From positions 59,904,640-59,937,660 of the forward strand of contig NC_068987.1 in the NCBI RefSeq assembly GCF_001194135.2: 33,021 nucleotides of DNA. The letters run 5' to 3'. Numbering within the stretch: position 1 is the stretch's first letter; the number at the start of each line of letters is the position of its first letter. The notes below the pieces were generated by a model. The model was not told the origin of the DNA, searched no databases, and was given only the letters and a program-made list of their open reading frames with translations. Origin of the DNA: Octopus bimaculoides (Eukaryota). Shown piece after piece: positions 12,008-22,489 of this stretch. The translations under genes were made by a program, and so were the position numbers.

Positions 12008-12974
12008 AGACTATGAATTATAATATCATAACGATGTGCATGCGTGCGTGTGTGTGTGTGTGTGTGTTTATGTATATCTTTACTCACATATAATTAAAAT
12101 ATATGTAGATGCATATGTATGTATATTCACTACTGGCATATATGCATGTGTGTGTGTGTGTGTGTGTGTGTGTCTGTGCACGCGCGCGTATCGGAGCAGC
12201 TAGCTTGTGTAGTAAGGTTTTCACTTTGCACATTTTTTTCTGCGTTATTCAAAGTGGGAGGGAGGTATGATAATAGAGAGCCTTGGGGAACTCGAATACC
12301 GAATTTGAGCCCTATGGGTGCAAAGGCAGTAACTTTGTTTCGAAATCCCGTAGTTCTGAGTTCAAATACCTGACTGAGAATGTAACAATACTACTCTGCT
12401 TTATATTAAACCTTAGTCACCCCACAGTAGATTTTAATGTGTTCGAATATGTAGCGAATAGTATATATGTTTAACCTTGACTTGAGCTCTCAACTCCTGA
12501 TAACTTTCGGCACACTTATGGCTTTTTTCATCGAATATGGCTCTGTCTCGGTTGGGGAGTAGCTATAAAACTTAGGGAAGAGAGGCATTATGAAGATGGA
12601 TATAAATGGTCATATGGAAAGTGAGCGTGTGATATGAAATTGTACTTGCACACACTTTTTTCCATAGTAAACTATCTCTTGTTTAAATGTTGTAGAGATG
12701 TCGTCGTGACATACAGCATGACTTAGGCATTTTTACACTTAGTAGAATCCATTCCATTCTAGCGTTAACCACAGCTGAATTCTCCTACACAATGACTGAG
12801 AGGTGGGGAGAGCAAGTGTCAGAATGAGAGAGAGAGTTAGAGAGAGAGAAAGAGAGAGCTAGTGACAAAATGAAAGAGAGAGAGAGAGGAAGAGAGTAAA
12901 GAGGGGAAAGTGTAGTCAGTCTGAAAGAAAGAAGAATGAACTCCTCTCTAAAGAACGAAAAATCTTGTAGTTTA

Positions 12975-13092
12975 GTTTATTTATCGCACCTACCCCTGAA
13001 AGGTTGGAACATAAAGATAACTTTTTGTGGTATATAAACTCAGAGAGCAAAGAACCGGAATGAACACGGTTAGGTAAACTTCTTGATGCTCT
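12975..13092 (-). mobile_element. Highly decayed SINE remnant
   Basis: CCCCTGAAAGGTTGGAACATAAAG...AACTCAGAG matches the SINE body weakly. Confidence 0.45.
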
Positions 13093-13300
13093 GGTGGCTC
13101 TTCCACTTCACCGTCTTATTACATGTGCCTTATTTTCCCAAGAATATGTATATCTCTACGAAAATCACATTATGATCGTAAAGAACCAAATAAAGATTTT
13201 ATTTCCACCTTTTCTTTCTTAAAATATGTTTTGCTAGAGAAGACTACTACGACACCAACAATTTTAGATCACCTGTCTACCATAGACTCCTTGCCTTTTG

Positions 13301-13330
13301 TCAAGTACAAATTGGTCAAGTACAAATTGG
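13301..13330. repeat. 15-bp tandem duplication
   Basis: TCAAGTACAAATTGG twice. Confidence 0.95.
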
Positions 13331-13499
13331 CTATAGGTATCCATCCTCCACGATAGGAAATGCGCAATCAAGCTTACAATATATCTAAGTATCCAACGTA
13401 TTCAAAATTCAGGCTTATAGTTTCAGCCGGCAATTGTATATGAATGGACTTCAGAAGCAGAAAGTCAAAGCTCCTGCAAATATTGTATTAAACGAAGTT

Positions 13500-14030
13500 T
13501 CTGCTGTCCATTATATATAGCAAATATCAAGCAGATTACATAGTTTATGTATAATTGTTAAAATCCTCAGAGGTTTTGTTACCACTTCAAAGTAATCTGG
13601 AAATGATGCATCGTTATTGAGGTGAAATGATGCATCGTTATTGAGGTGAAATGATTCACAATAATTAGAACAATCACACATACTAATCACATCAAGGTCC
13701 TTTTCAACTGTCCCTCAAAATGCCCTACACCTGTCGTCAAGAGCGTCACTACGTTGTTGCATCATCTGCTACAAATGCTGAATAACCTCTGGAAATCACG
13801 CTTATTGAGTTCAAAGAATAAAAAGTACACGTTGGACAATAAAGAATACATACTCAAAAATACTGGACGGTCACGAATAGAATGTATCTGATTACTTCTC
13901 TGCTCAATAACTACTGAGCTGAAGTTAACAACAATTGTTACACTCTATACAATTTAACCACAGATGTCTTTAGTGTATTCATGGCCCTCAGATAAAAGAT
14001 GAGAGGGCCTATCATCAGACTATGTGCCAA
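13500..14030 (-). mobile_element. Possible very decayed LINE RT fragment
   Basis: Minus strand FVADDATT (13761-13769 encodes ADD), followed by VEKDLDVI..F, resembling YADD...L.xDL..I..W. Weak elsewhere. Confidence 0.35.
13600..13655. repeat. 24-bp tandem duplication (2.3 units)
   Basis: GAAATGATGCATCGTTATTGAGGT at 13600-13623 and 13624-13647, plus a partial third unit. Confidence 0.95.
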
Positions 14031-14079
14031 TCCTACGTTACCTTTAGAATGCTATCGCTGTCAGAAAACTGATAACAAA

Positions 14080-14280
14080 TTTTGGCACAAGGCCAATGAG
14101 TTCGGGGCAGAGGGATAGTAGATTACATCGACCCGCAGTAATGGTATTTATCTTATCGACCCTGAAAGAATGAAAAGCAAAGTCGAATCGGCGGAATTTG
14201 AACTCAGAACCTAAAGTCAACCAAAATTCCGCTAAACATATTGCCCGTACTGCTAACGATTCTGTCAACCCGGCTTCCTT
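14080..14280 (-). mobile_element. Older, diverged copy of the same SINE family
   Basis: GGCACAAGGCC tail and ATCGACCCTGAAAGAATGAAAAGCAAAGTCGAATCGGCGGAATTTGAACTCAGAAC body align to the copies above. Confidence 0.8.
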
Positions 14281-14882
14281 ATCGCTGTCGAAATATTGCA
14301 TCTCAAATATTACACACAATTTCTCATTTCTAAAGTGTCTCTAAAATACTCTAAGTCAGCATAAGCTTACATAATAAAAAAAATTACTACTTTCAGATTC
14401 TCATCTTTAAGTAGGTGTAGACTACATGTATAAATATCTTTCTGCCTGGTATTTGACTCTTGAACAAACAGGTGGAAATCAAATATTTTGTCTGCTAAAA
14501 AAACAAAACAAACGAAACAAAACAGGATAGATTGGAATACACGACAAGTAATGTATTCTGGTATGCTAATATGTATAAAATGCAATGTAGATTTTCTTAT
14601 GACGAGGTTATCAACCGTCTTTACTTGGCAAATTATGCTGAGATCACTGGTAGGTATATGTGATTGCGTTATATATTGATTTGGTAAACAATGCGATCGA
14701 TACTACATCGATGATTTTGTCTCCATAAATGGCTATAGCAAACGTCTCTCCCCAAATGAAAATATCAACTGAAAGCCTGAACTTAGTTGTTACTGCAAGT
14801 ATTCTTAAGCCTAAATATACAGAAGTACAAGCAAATAACAACCCTGCTGTTGTTCCATCAGATATTTAGATAATGTATGGTT

Positions 14883-15050
14883 AAACAACAGCAACAACAT
14901 CAGAAGCAGCAACAGGAAACAAGGGTAACAATAACATCAACTACTACTACTATTACTGCTGCTGCTGTTGCTACTATTACTATTACTACTATTACTGTTA
15001 CTGCTACTGTTGGTATTACTTCTGCCACTACTACTTCTATTTATTATAAC

Positions 15051-15089
<39 letters not shown>
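14883..15089. repeat. Compound trinucleotide microsatellite (CAA/CAG, ACT/GCT, AAT)
   Basis: Directly visible. It explains the poly-Q/T/N ORFs. Confidence 0.95.
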
Positions 15090-15401
15090 TTCATAATACA
15101 AAGACCTGGAAATAGAGGTAACTCGAATGTGGAATCTAAAAACAGAAACAATTCCTATCATAGTAGGTGCCTTAGGTATAATAAAAAAAAATTTCAGACA
15201 AATACATAACAAAAACACCAGGACATACAAATATATATAACATACAGAAAATTGCACTATTGGGCACTGCACACATCCTACGCAAAACACTTTCAATACA
15301 GTAACCATAAGAGCATCACAGCAGACCACAGCACATACCCAAGGCGCACAGAGCTGCGCTCGATAGTGAAGTGAAAGCACGTTATAAACATAAAACTACT
15401 G
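15090..15401 (+). mobile_element. R4/Dong-clade non-LTR retrotransposon 3' end (end of RLE domain plus 3' UTR), in (AAT)n
   Basis: YKDLEIEVTRMWNLKTETIPIIVGALG...IQKIALLGTAHILRKTLSIQ*, then a UTR ending in (AAT)n. Flanked by AAT on both sides. Confidence 0.85.
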
Positions 15402-15402
15402 A

Positions 15403-15437
<35 letters not shown>

Positions 15438-15890
15438 ACTCTGGGATTTTAACCTACATTCTACTAAGTCATAGAAGCGAGACGGCCAGATATCCTGATC
15501 AGCCGTAAAGATGAAAAAGAAGCAAAGATGATAGATGTTGCAATACCAGGAGATTCGAGAGTGAAATGATAGGAAACAGAAAAGAGTGAGAAATACCAGC
15601 CACTCTGGGACGATAGAGGAAAGCTATGGGGCATGAGGAAAGTAATGGTGATACCGGTAGTAATTGAAGCCTTATGAGCAGTTTCCAAGAGCTTGGAAAA
15701 CATGCTAAGAATATTGGAACTGCTGTCAGTCTCGAAGTGATCCAGAAGACAGCATTGTTGGGTACAGCTCGCATTCTAAGTAGAGTATTGTCTTGTTGAG
15801 TCACAGGGGAAGGCACTACTTGAAACCTATGGTGATTTGTTGTTGCCTGCTTTCGGGTAAAAAACAACCGCTAATAGAACAGCGAGAATC
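15438..15890 (+). mobile_element. R4/Dong-clade 3' fragment with the PD-(D/E)xK endonuclease core, second subfamily
   Basis: LWDF..VIEARRPDILIS..MIDVAIPGD..EKSEKYQPL..VIPVVIEAL..IQKTALLGTARIL, with internal stops. Confidence 0.85.
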
Positions 15891-15930
15891 AAAACAACAA
15901 CAACAACAACAACAATAATAATAATAATAA

Positions 15931-16067
15931 AATGAAGTCAAAGCTAAATGGCCCAAATCTAGTGAAGGCTGTAAATACTTGCACAGCATCATTACTCAGA
16001 TGCACATCAGCGTTTGTAGATTGGACAAAAACTGAATTAGCAAAGCTAGACAGAAGAACTAGGAAGG
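15931..16067 (+). mobile_element. R4/Dong internal RT-thumb fragment between AAT tracts
   Basis: MKSKLNGPNLVKAVNT..DWTKTELAKLDRRTRK, followed by (AAT)3 at 16068-16076. Confidence 0.75.
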
Positions 16068-16076
16068 AATAATAAT

Positions 16077-16597
16077 GTCAAGATACAAAGAACGCGAAAT
16101 TGAAGTATTCAAAATGTGGAGCATGAAGGTAAAAACAATACCAATAATAATTGGAGCATTGGGCATGAGAAAAGAACATATGAACCAAAACGTAGAAACT
16201 ATACCTGGATCCTCAACACTACACACTGTCGAAAAAATAGCCCTGCTGGGAACAGCCCAAATTCTACGCAAGACACTATCAATCCATAATACAGCCTAAA
16301 CAAAACAACCCACAAATACAAGACACAATTTATACCGCATTTACCCAGTGAAATAAACTTCCACCAGCAATCCAGAACACCAATCCATTACACACTCAAC
16401 ACACAATACAAGCAGTAACACAATAAAAGATTGCACCATACCTCAAGAGAAAAAACTAGCACAACACAGTACCAGGAAGATCTTGCACACTCCCAACAGC
16501 AGAAAAGGACACACAATGCTGCACACACCCCAGCAACATGGAGGTAAACCAGGTGATGCAAGAGAAATTTGCCTCAATCTACCAAATATTGAACACT

Positions 16598-16600
<3 letters not shown>
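16077..16600 (+). mobile_element. R4/Dong 3' end, third subfamily (different 3' UTR)
   Basis: RYKEREIEVFKMWSMKVKTIPIIIGALG...VEKIALLGTAQILRKTLSI, then a ~300-bp UTR ending at (AAT)n 16601-16671. Confidence 0.85.
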
Positions 16601-16671
<71 letters not shown>

Positions 16672-16672
<1 letters not shown>

Positions 16673-17755
16673 TGCGAAACTTTTTGTCTGTAAGTATGAG
16701 ATCATGGAGAACCACACTGACTTTGAACAGTGACAATGAATCTCTAAATGCCAGAGATATAAAAATTTCATGTGGCATTTTCCAGCAACATTTACGAGCA
16801 TCTTGTCAACCAGAATTTACGGCCAGAAGACCACAAAAGTTACTGGAGAAAGGCTAGAGGTACGCGTTATCTATTATACATAGACAAAGCAGTTCTAAAT
16901 GAAGTAAAAGTTACAAAGAAAAATCTAATAGATTACAAAAAATCCTATGACATGATCTCATACTCATGGATAAGTGAATGTTTTAGTATATTCAGTTTAT
17001 CAGAAAACATAAGAGAATTAATTAGCTTTAGCATGAAGAAAAGGAAAGTATATCTATACTCAGGTGACACAGTCTTAGGAAAGGTTAAGAACATGAGAGA
17101 AATTGCCCAAGGAAAATCGTCCCCTTTAATATTTATCTTATGTTTGATTACCCTTAGTTTATTATTAAGGAAAGCAAAGACAGGATATCAGTTTAGAAAT
17201 AGTAAGGGAAAAATTAACCATTTGTTTTACATTAATGATCTGAAGCTTTTTAGTAAGAATGGAAAAAAGATAGATTCCTTAATACAGACTGTAAGACGCT
17301 TCAACAAAGATATAGGCATGGAATTTGGCATAGATAAGTGTGTAATATTAGTCATGAAAATGGGACAGGTAGTCAATAGTGGAGGCATCCAATTACCGGA
17401 TGGTCAGACATTAAAATCATTAAAAGAAGGAGAGTGTTATAAGTACATAAGAGTATTATAATCTGACAGAGTACTCAATATAGAAATAAAAAATGAAAAA
17501 AGAGGTGTACCTAAAAAGTGTAAAGAAGCTAATGAAATCAAATCTAAGTGGTCCGATTATATACTCACCTTGAAAGGAGGGTGGAAGAATGTTAATATTA
17601 ACAGAAGACATAATCTCCTATGTAAGTAATAGTGAAGAAAATTTATTAAGAATTGCTAGAGTCGCAGCAAAACATAGAGAAACCAAAACACCAAACGGAG
17701 TTAAGAACGAGAACAGAGAACAGAATCTATCTGACTGGCAGGAAAATGCGTTGTA
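16672..17755 (+). mobile_element. R4/Dong reverse transcriptase pseudogene (short fragment 16672-~16785 fused to a second RT copy)
   Basis: ORF 16772-17461 has IDYKKSYD, QG.SSPL, NHLFYINDLKLF, GMEFGIDKC and YKYI. The upstream piece SMRSWRTTL..IKISCGIFQ covers the same RT region from another subfamily. There is an internal deletion after LMKSNLSGP. Confidence 0.88.
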
Positions 17756-20162
17756 ATATGTAGTCGTTCACAGAACATATTCTAGTAAAGAAGCAAGAAC
17801 ATTAATCTCGTCAGAATTAAGCTAACAGGAAAATGTTTTGAAACTATTTTGTATTGCATTGAATATGCCAAATACAGTAGTCGGATAGAAGTTAGAAATG
17901 TTAAAACATTACAGACTTGAAGTAAAAAATGATGATTATACTAAAGAAGCAGTTAATTATGGACGTCAAAGTAGCAGCGAGAAAACAATAACGTTCGTCC
18001 TGCAATTCTTTATTGTTTTTCTTGCAAATAAATACTGCAAACTATGTGTTTCAGACAAAATTAGTATTGAACTCTCTATTAGTCACCATTTCAGAACATG
18101 ACGCGGTAATATATTGCCAGTCACATTAAAATGGCAGATTATTGATTTTATAGCATTAAACTGAAGAAAAATGTTTGTATGAGTGGAGGTCAAGATGTTT
18201 CATTGTAATCCTATGCATTATTGACTCCTGGGGGATGAAAAACTTGAAACTAAACGCTGTAAAGTATTTAGTGCAGCGTTCAATTTTTTGGCTGAGTTAC
18301 TAGTCTCTACGACTGAAGTAAATAATGTTTCTTTTGTCTAGACACGAAGTTCTTAGATTTCTCCAAAAGGTTAAATACTGTATTGTAATCACCATGATTT
18401 TCTCAAGAGCTACACTGGTCAATTAGATAAAAATGTTTTACAAGGAATGTAAACTAAATCACAACTTTTACTTGTTTGATTATTTCTTGTTCTATGAGAG
18501 TGGCAGTCACTGAAAATAAACATTTTATTTCATTTGGGAAAAGTACTTAGATTTATCCAGTTTGATAAAAGAAAATCTGCTTTGCTTAGGTGTTAACAGT
18601 ACATTTGGATTTTGGATTTTGTGCCCAAAACTTTAACGATGGTAGAGGGACAAAATTTAACATATAAAAACAGTATGTAATTCATTTGAAGCTCGAACAT
18701 GTTCCATGTCGATTTGTAATTTTAAAAATCTCTACTGACCAAAACTGTTTTTGTAACACTTTTTATTATTAGAAAAAGCTGTACGGGTTAACTTGAGAAA
18801 ATTACACTTTACTTAGAAGGTCACTTTCCTTAGATAGTACAGAAACGTGCCTGGTGCTATAATCTTATCTGATAACAAAAATTAGAATTCTCCCTAAAAT
18901 ATGATCAGTGAAGTTTCTTGGAACTATCTCCTTTGTTCGTTTACTAAATTCACTAACAATTCCCGTTACGGTTTTGCTTTCTTTTCTGAGCTAAGAAGCA
19001 ATATTTCAATTCATTACAAAACTTCGACGTTCTCATTGTGTCTTACTCCCTATCTGAATTCATTTATTGATATTGAGGCTATTCAACAAATCTATGAATG
19101 GTGTATACACATAAGACTCTACGCCAAAGTATAACTAGTATGTGTTTTAAACAGCCGAAGGAATTAATGGTAAATTTGTTGAGGACAGAGAGATTTGAGG
19201 TGAATCCAAATATTGCAATATAATTAGAGGAACACTTCCGTTTCTGTCACTCTACCAGTTTTACTGATGCAAATATCTTTGTCAATTAAGCTGTCTATGT
19301 TTGATCTCAAGCGACATCACATCATTTTGAAGTATTTGTATTATTTCAACAAATGGTTTGATGAAGTGATAATGAGCAAACAAAAAGAACAGAATATAGT
19401 TATGTCTCAAAAATATGTTTCGCTTAAATAAACAAATCAACATTAGCTTTCGTTAGTAAGTTTTGAAAATATTAACAAATATTTATAGAGACATAAAGTA
19501 TCTTCACATTTGTAATTAGATCTTTTTTATCTTTTTGGCAAATTAATAAACGAATTAATAAACAAGATAAAATTTGCTTTATTGAATTGTGTGAAAAGTA
19601 TTTAAAACGCCCGTTACTTTAATCAACTCTTTCCTTATTTTTGCGTCAAAATCGTTCCAATTAATTGAATAAAAAGTTATCAAAATGAAAGTATTTAGTT
19701 TTTACAAATCCGCTTTCTTTTCCTTTTTAGTGATAATACAAATGATTAAATTTCTTCGTTGCTATCAAAATTTGCTTTTAAAACACAAATACAATTGAAA
19801 ACGTACAATTTTGATTGATATTGATTGTATTTTCCAAGCTGTAAAATTCATCTTCTGAAGTGGGAAAAAAGAAAACCAAACAAGTAGTTTGAGGATTTTA
19901 TTTATGTTCCTATGAGAGGTTCTGCCAATCTATTTTGAAATTCATAGCTTGGTGCTCCACCGATATATTGTTCCCTCGCAAGCTCTAACTGTTCCTCTGA
20001 TTTTGCTTGTTCTTATAGGAAGTGTACGAGACTATTAACAATGTGATTCATTCAAGTCATCCTCTACTGCTGACAGACATCACTTCACTTTTTATTCCCT
20101 ACTCGTTTCGCTTAAATGAATTTATGCTGAGTTTTTGTTATCATTGTTTCTAAAAGGCCGTT

Positions 20163-21846
20163 CTAAGCATCATGTTTTCTAATTTCCAATGTCAGTTCAT
20201 AGTGGTTAGCTAAAATCTTTCTGTATATATAAAAATATACTCATCAAATCTTTCTCAATTCTTTAAATGATATAGTCCTACATACACAAAACACAGAAAA
20301 AGCTTTTGAAAAACTTTCGTTCTCAGTCTTTTCAATTTGGTCTGGATTAGGAATGAACAATCAGGAGCCAAAGCAAATATGTTAAAAAGTGAAATGGACT
20401 GTTCGTTCTTCTAGATTGAATTCAAATACCCCACACGTTTTTTCTTTACTTTTCATTCTTTCACATCCCAATAATTAGTGTTAAGATAATGAGTAAAATA
20501 TATCCTTTAAAAATGATCTTCGGACACAGCTAAAATAAAAAAAATTATTTACTAAATGGTAATTTCTTACTTCGGCCGGTAACTTGAATATGAATTGATA
20601 GCAAGCTCTTTTGGCCATTTTCATCATGGTTCTACGAATAAGACTCTAAATGTGTTAAAAATACTATACATTGTTTTCGAAGTTTAATAAATAGGAACTT
20701 AAACACACCGACTTTGTGTTAATGAAATTACAGTTTACAATAATACTGGTAATGGTTGCATATAGCAAGAGATAAGTGCTTGGTTTAGTCTTGCAACATA
20801 GACACATCACAACTCCTGTCTAATAACACACTTTCGCCGAGAAAAAAAGAGCGATGTAAGAAAGTGGATTTTATAAAGAACTGTCATATATTGTAGCGTT
20901 ACCACCTCCATTGACTTATGGACGGGTTCTAGTAACTTTTGCAAGTAGTATAGATTTCTATAGAAGAAAATGCTGCAATGATTTCTTATCTGCAACACAT
21001 TGTGAAGTAGAACTCAGCACAAGCTATGAATATGCATTGTTTCCGATCCTTATAACAATAAGATGTTTCCTCATGGTATGTACATACAGCTATGTAGACT
21101 AAACTAGCGAGTGCTGGGAGTATTGTCCATGAATATTCATCGTGCTCAGCGCGGAATCTTCGACTCTGCAGACGACAATTCAACATACTCTCTGATACCT
21201 CAGTCCTGTGTGATGTTAGAAACTCTTTAATATACTATTGAATTTGTTATACTTAAAAAACAACTATTTACAGCTGTTATATCATATTTCAAAGGGCATT
21301 TTATAAAATATGATTTAGCTATAAATGCATAAATTCAATTCAATGTTTATCTGGCTGTAAACCTATTATTTACATGCTTTGTAAGCTAATTATTATGTTG
21401 ATTTCTAATATAGCCAAACTACAATAAATGCTGGACAGGGATAATAAACTAAATTGGCATGCAACTGGATTTTTCCAGATCAGGAAATGTTGAGACAAGC
21501 AGAATTCTGAATTTAGAACTTAAAGAAATTACTACCATCCCAAAATTTTGTTTGGAAAAATATAACAGAAATATATTCAGACTTTAGTAATATAACTCGA
21601 AGCTACATTTTGTTGATGTTGTTTATATTGAGATAAATTTTGTACATGAAAGACATTTTCCTTTCAAAGTAATCAGGTAATGAGGATTGCGTTGTGGTTA
21701 CAATTTAATCAACAACGGGAAATGTAATGACGGTGCTCAATTAGCCATTTACAAATGCAGAATTAATTATATTACCAGAAGCAAAAGTTGTCATGTGTGA
21801 GAAGAGAACAAATACTTGCGAGAATAAAATATTCAAACGATTTTGT
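20163..21846 (-). CDS. Candidate multi-exon host gene fragment, product unknown: exons 21846-21776, 21205-21088, 20645(or 20631)-20571, 20341-20286, 20220-20163
   Basis: Each exon has an AG acceptor, most after T- or pyrimidine-rich tracts, and the four internal exons have GTAATA, GTATGT, GTAAGA and GTATGT donors. Phases join into an open 125-aa frame (TKSFEYFILAS...WTEVSESMLNC...KILANHYELTLEIRKHDA*). No protein family recognised, and alternative acceptors exist. Confidence 0.35.
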
Positions 21847-22489
21847 CTTTATATAAAAAATAATAAAAATAAAATGAAAATACAATAATTTGTCAATTTC
21901 AATTATTAATTAAAGGTATCTTTTGTTTTTAGTCGATATAAATGATTTAAAATAATGAATTTAATATATTCAAGTATATTTCGTTTTGAAGATTTAAATA
22001 ATTTTTGTAGTAGAGTTTAATATTATATGAGGACACCACAAAAGAAAGTATCGATGAGTTGAAGCTTAGTCAATGTGGAAAATGATGCCGTTGTGTTTTA
22101 GCCATGAGTGACCATAATAATGATTAGAAAAGTTTCAGTCGTGATTCCTCCATTTTTGTTTTCCATTTGTAATATGCATAGAACAGCTATTTCTGTTACT
22201 AAAATATATTGGCTGCTGTTTCTAGGAAGTAGATCACTACATGTAGTTCTCGAATGATCTTTTACTAGGTTACACAATTACTTTCTAATATCTGGAGATG
22301 TATAGAGTCAAACCACAGGGTAATGGATAACAAACTATGTCGCGTATTTAGCAATATTTTTGCTATATGGAGATACTGCCCGCCAGTTTAAACAATGTTA
22401 AAACTACGATTGAAATGTATTTCTTTAGATTCAAGTTCTATATATCTATATGTCTACATATCTATATCTATAAATACACACAAACATAA

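Noticed and set aside
12190-12380. GTTCAAATACC B-box-like motif, a possible old SINE
   Set aside because: No SINE body or tail recognisable around it.
14877-15380. Poly-Q/T/N and poly-I ORFs
   Set aside because: Translations of trinucleotide microsatellites plus a Dong fragment, not genes.
15040-16671. Repeat-spacer-like alternation resembling a CRISPR array
   Set aside because: The repeats are simple (AAT)n of variable length and the spacers are retroelement fragments. The context is eukaryotic and there are no cas genes.
20911-21102. Plus-strand ORF/exon with a GTATGT donor at 21076
   Set aside because: No consistent neighbouring plus-strand exons and no recognisable protein. The minus-strand chain is better supported.
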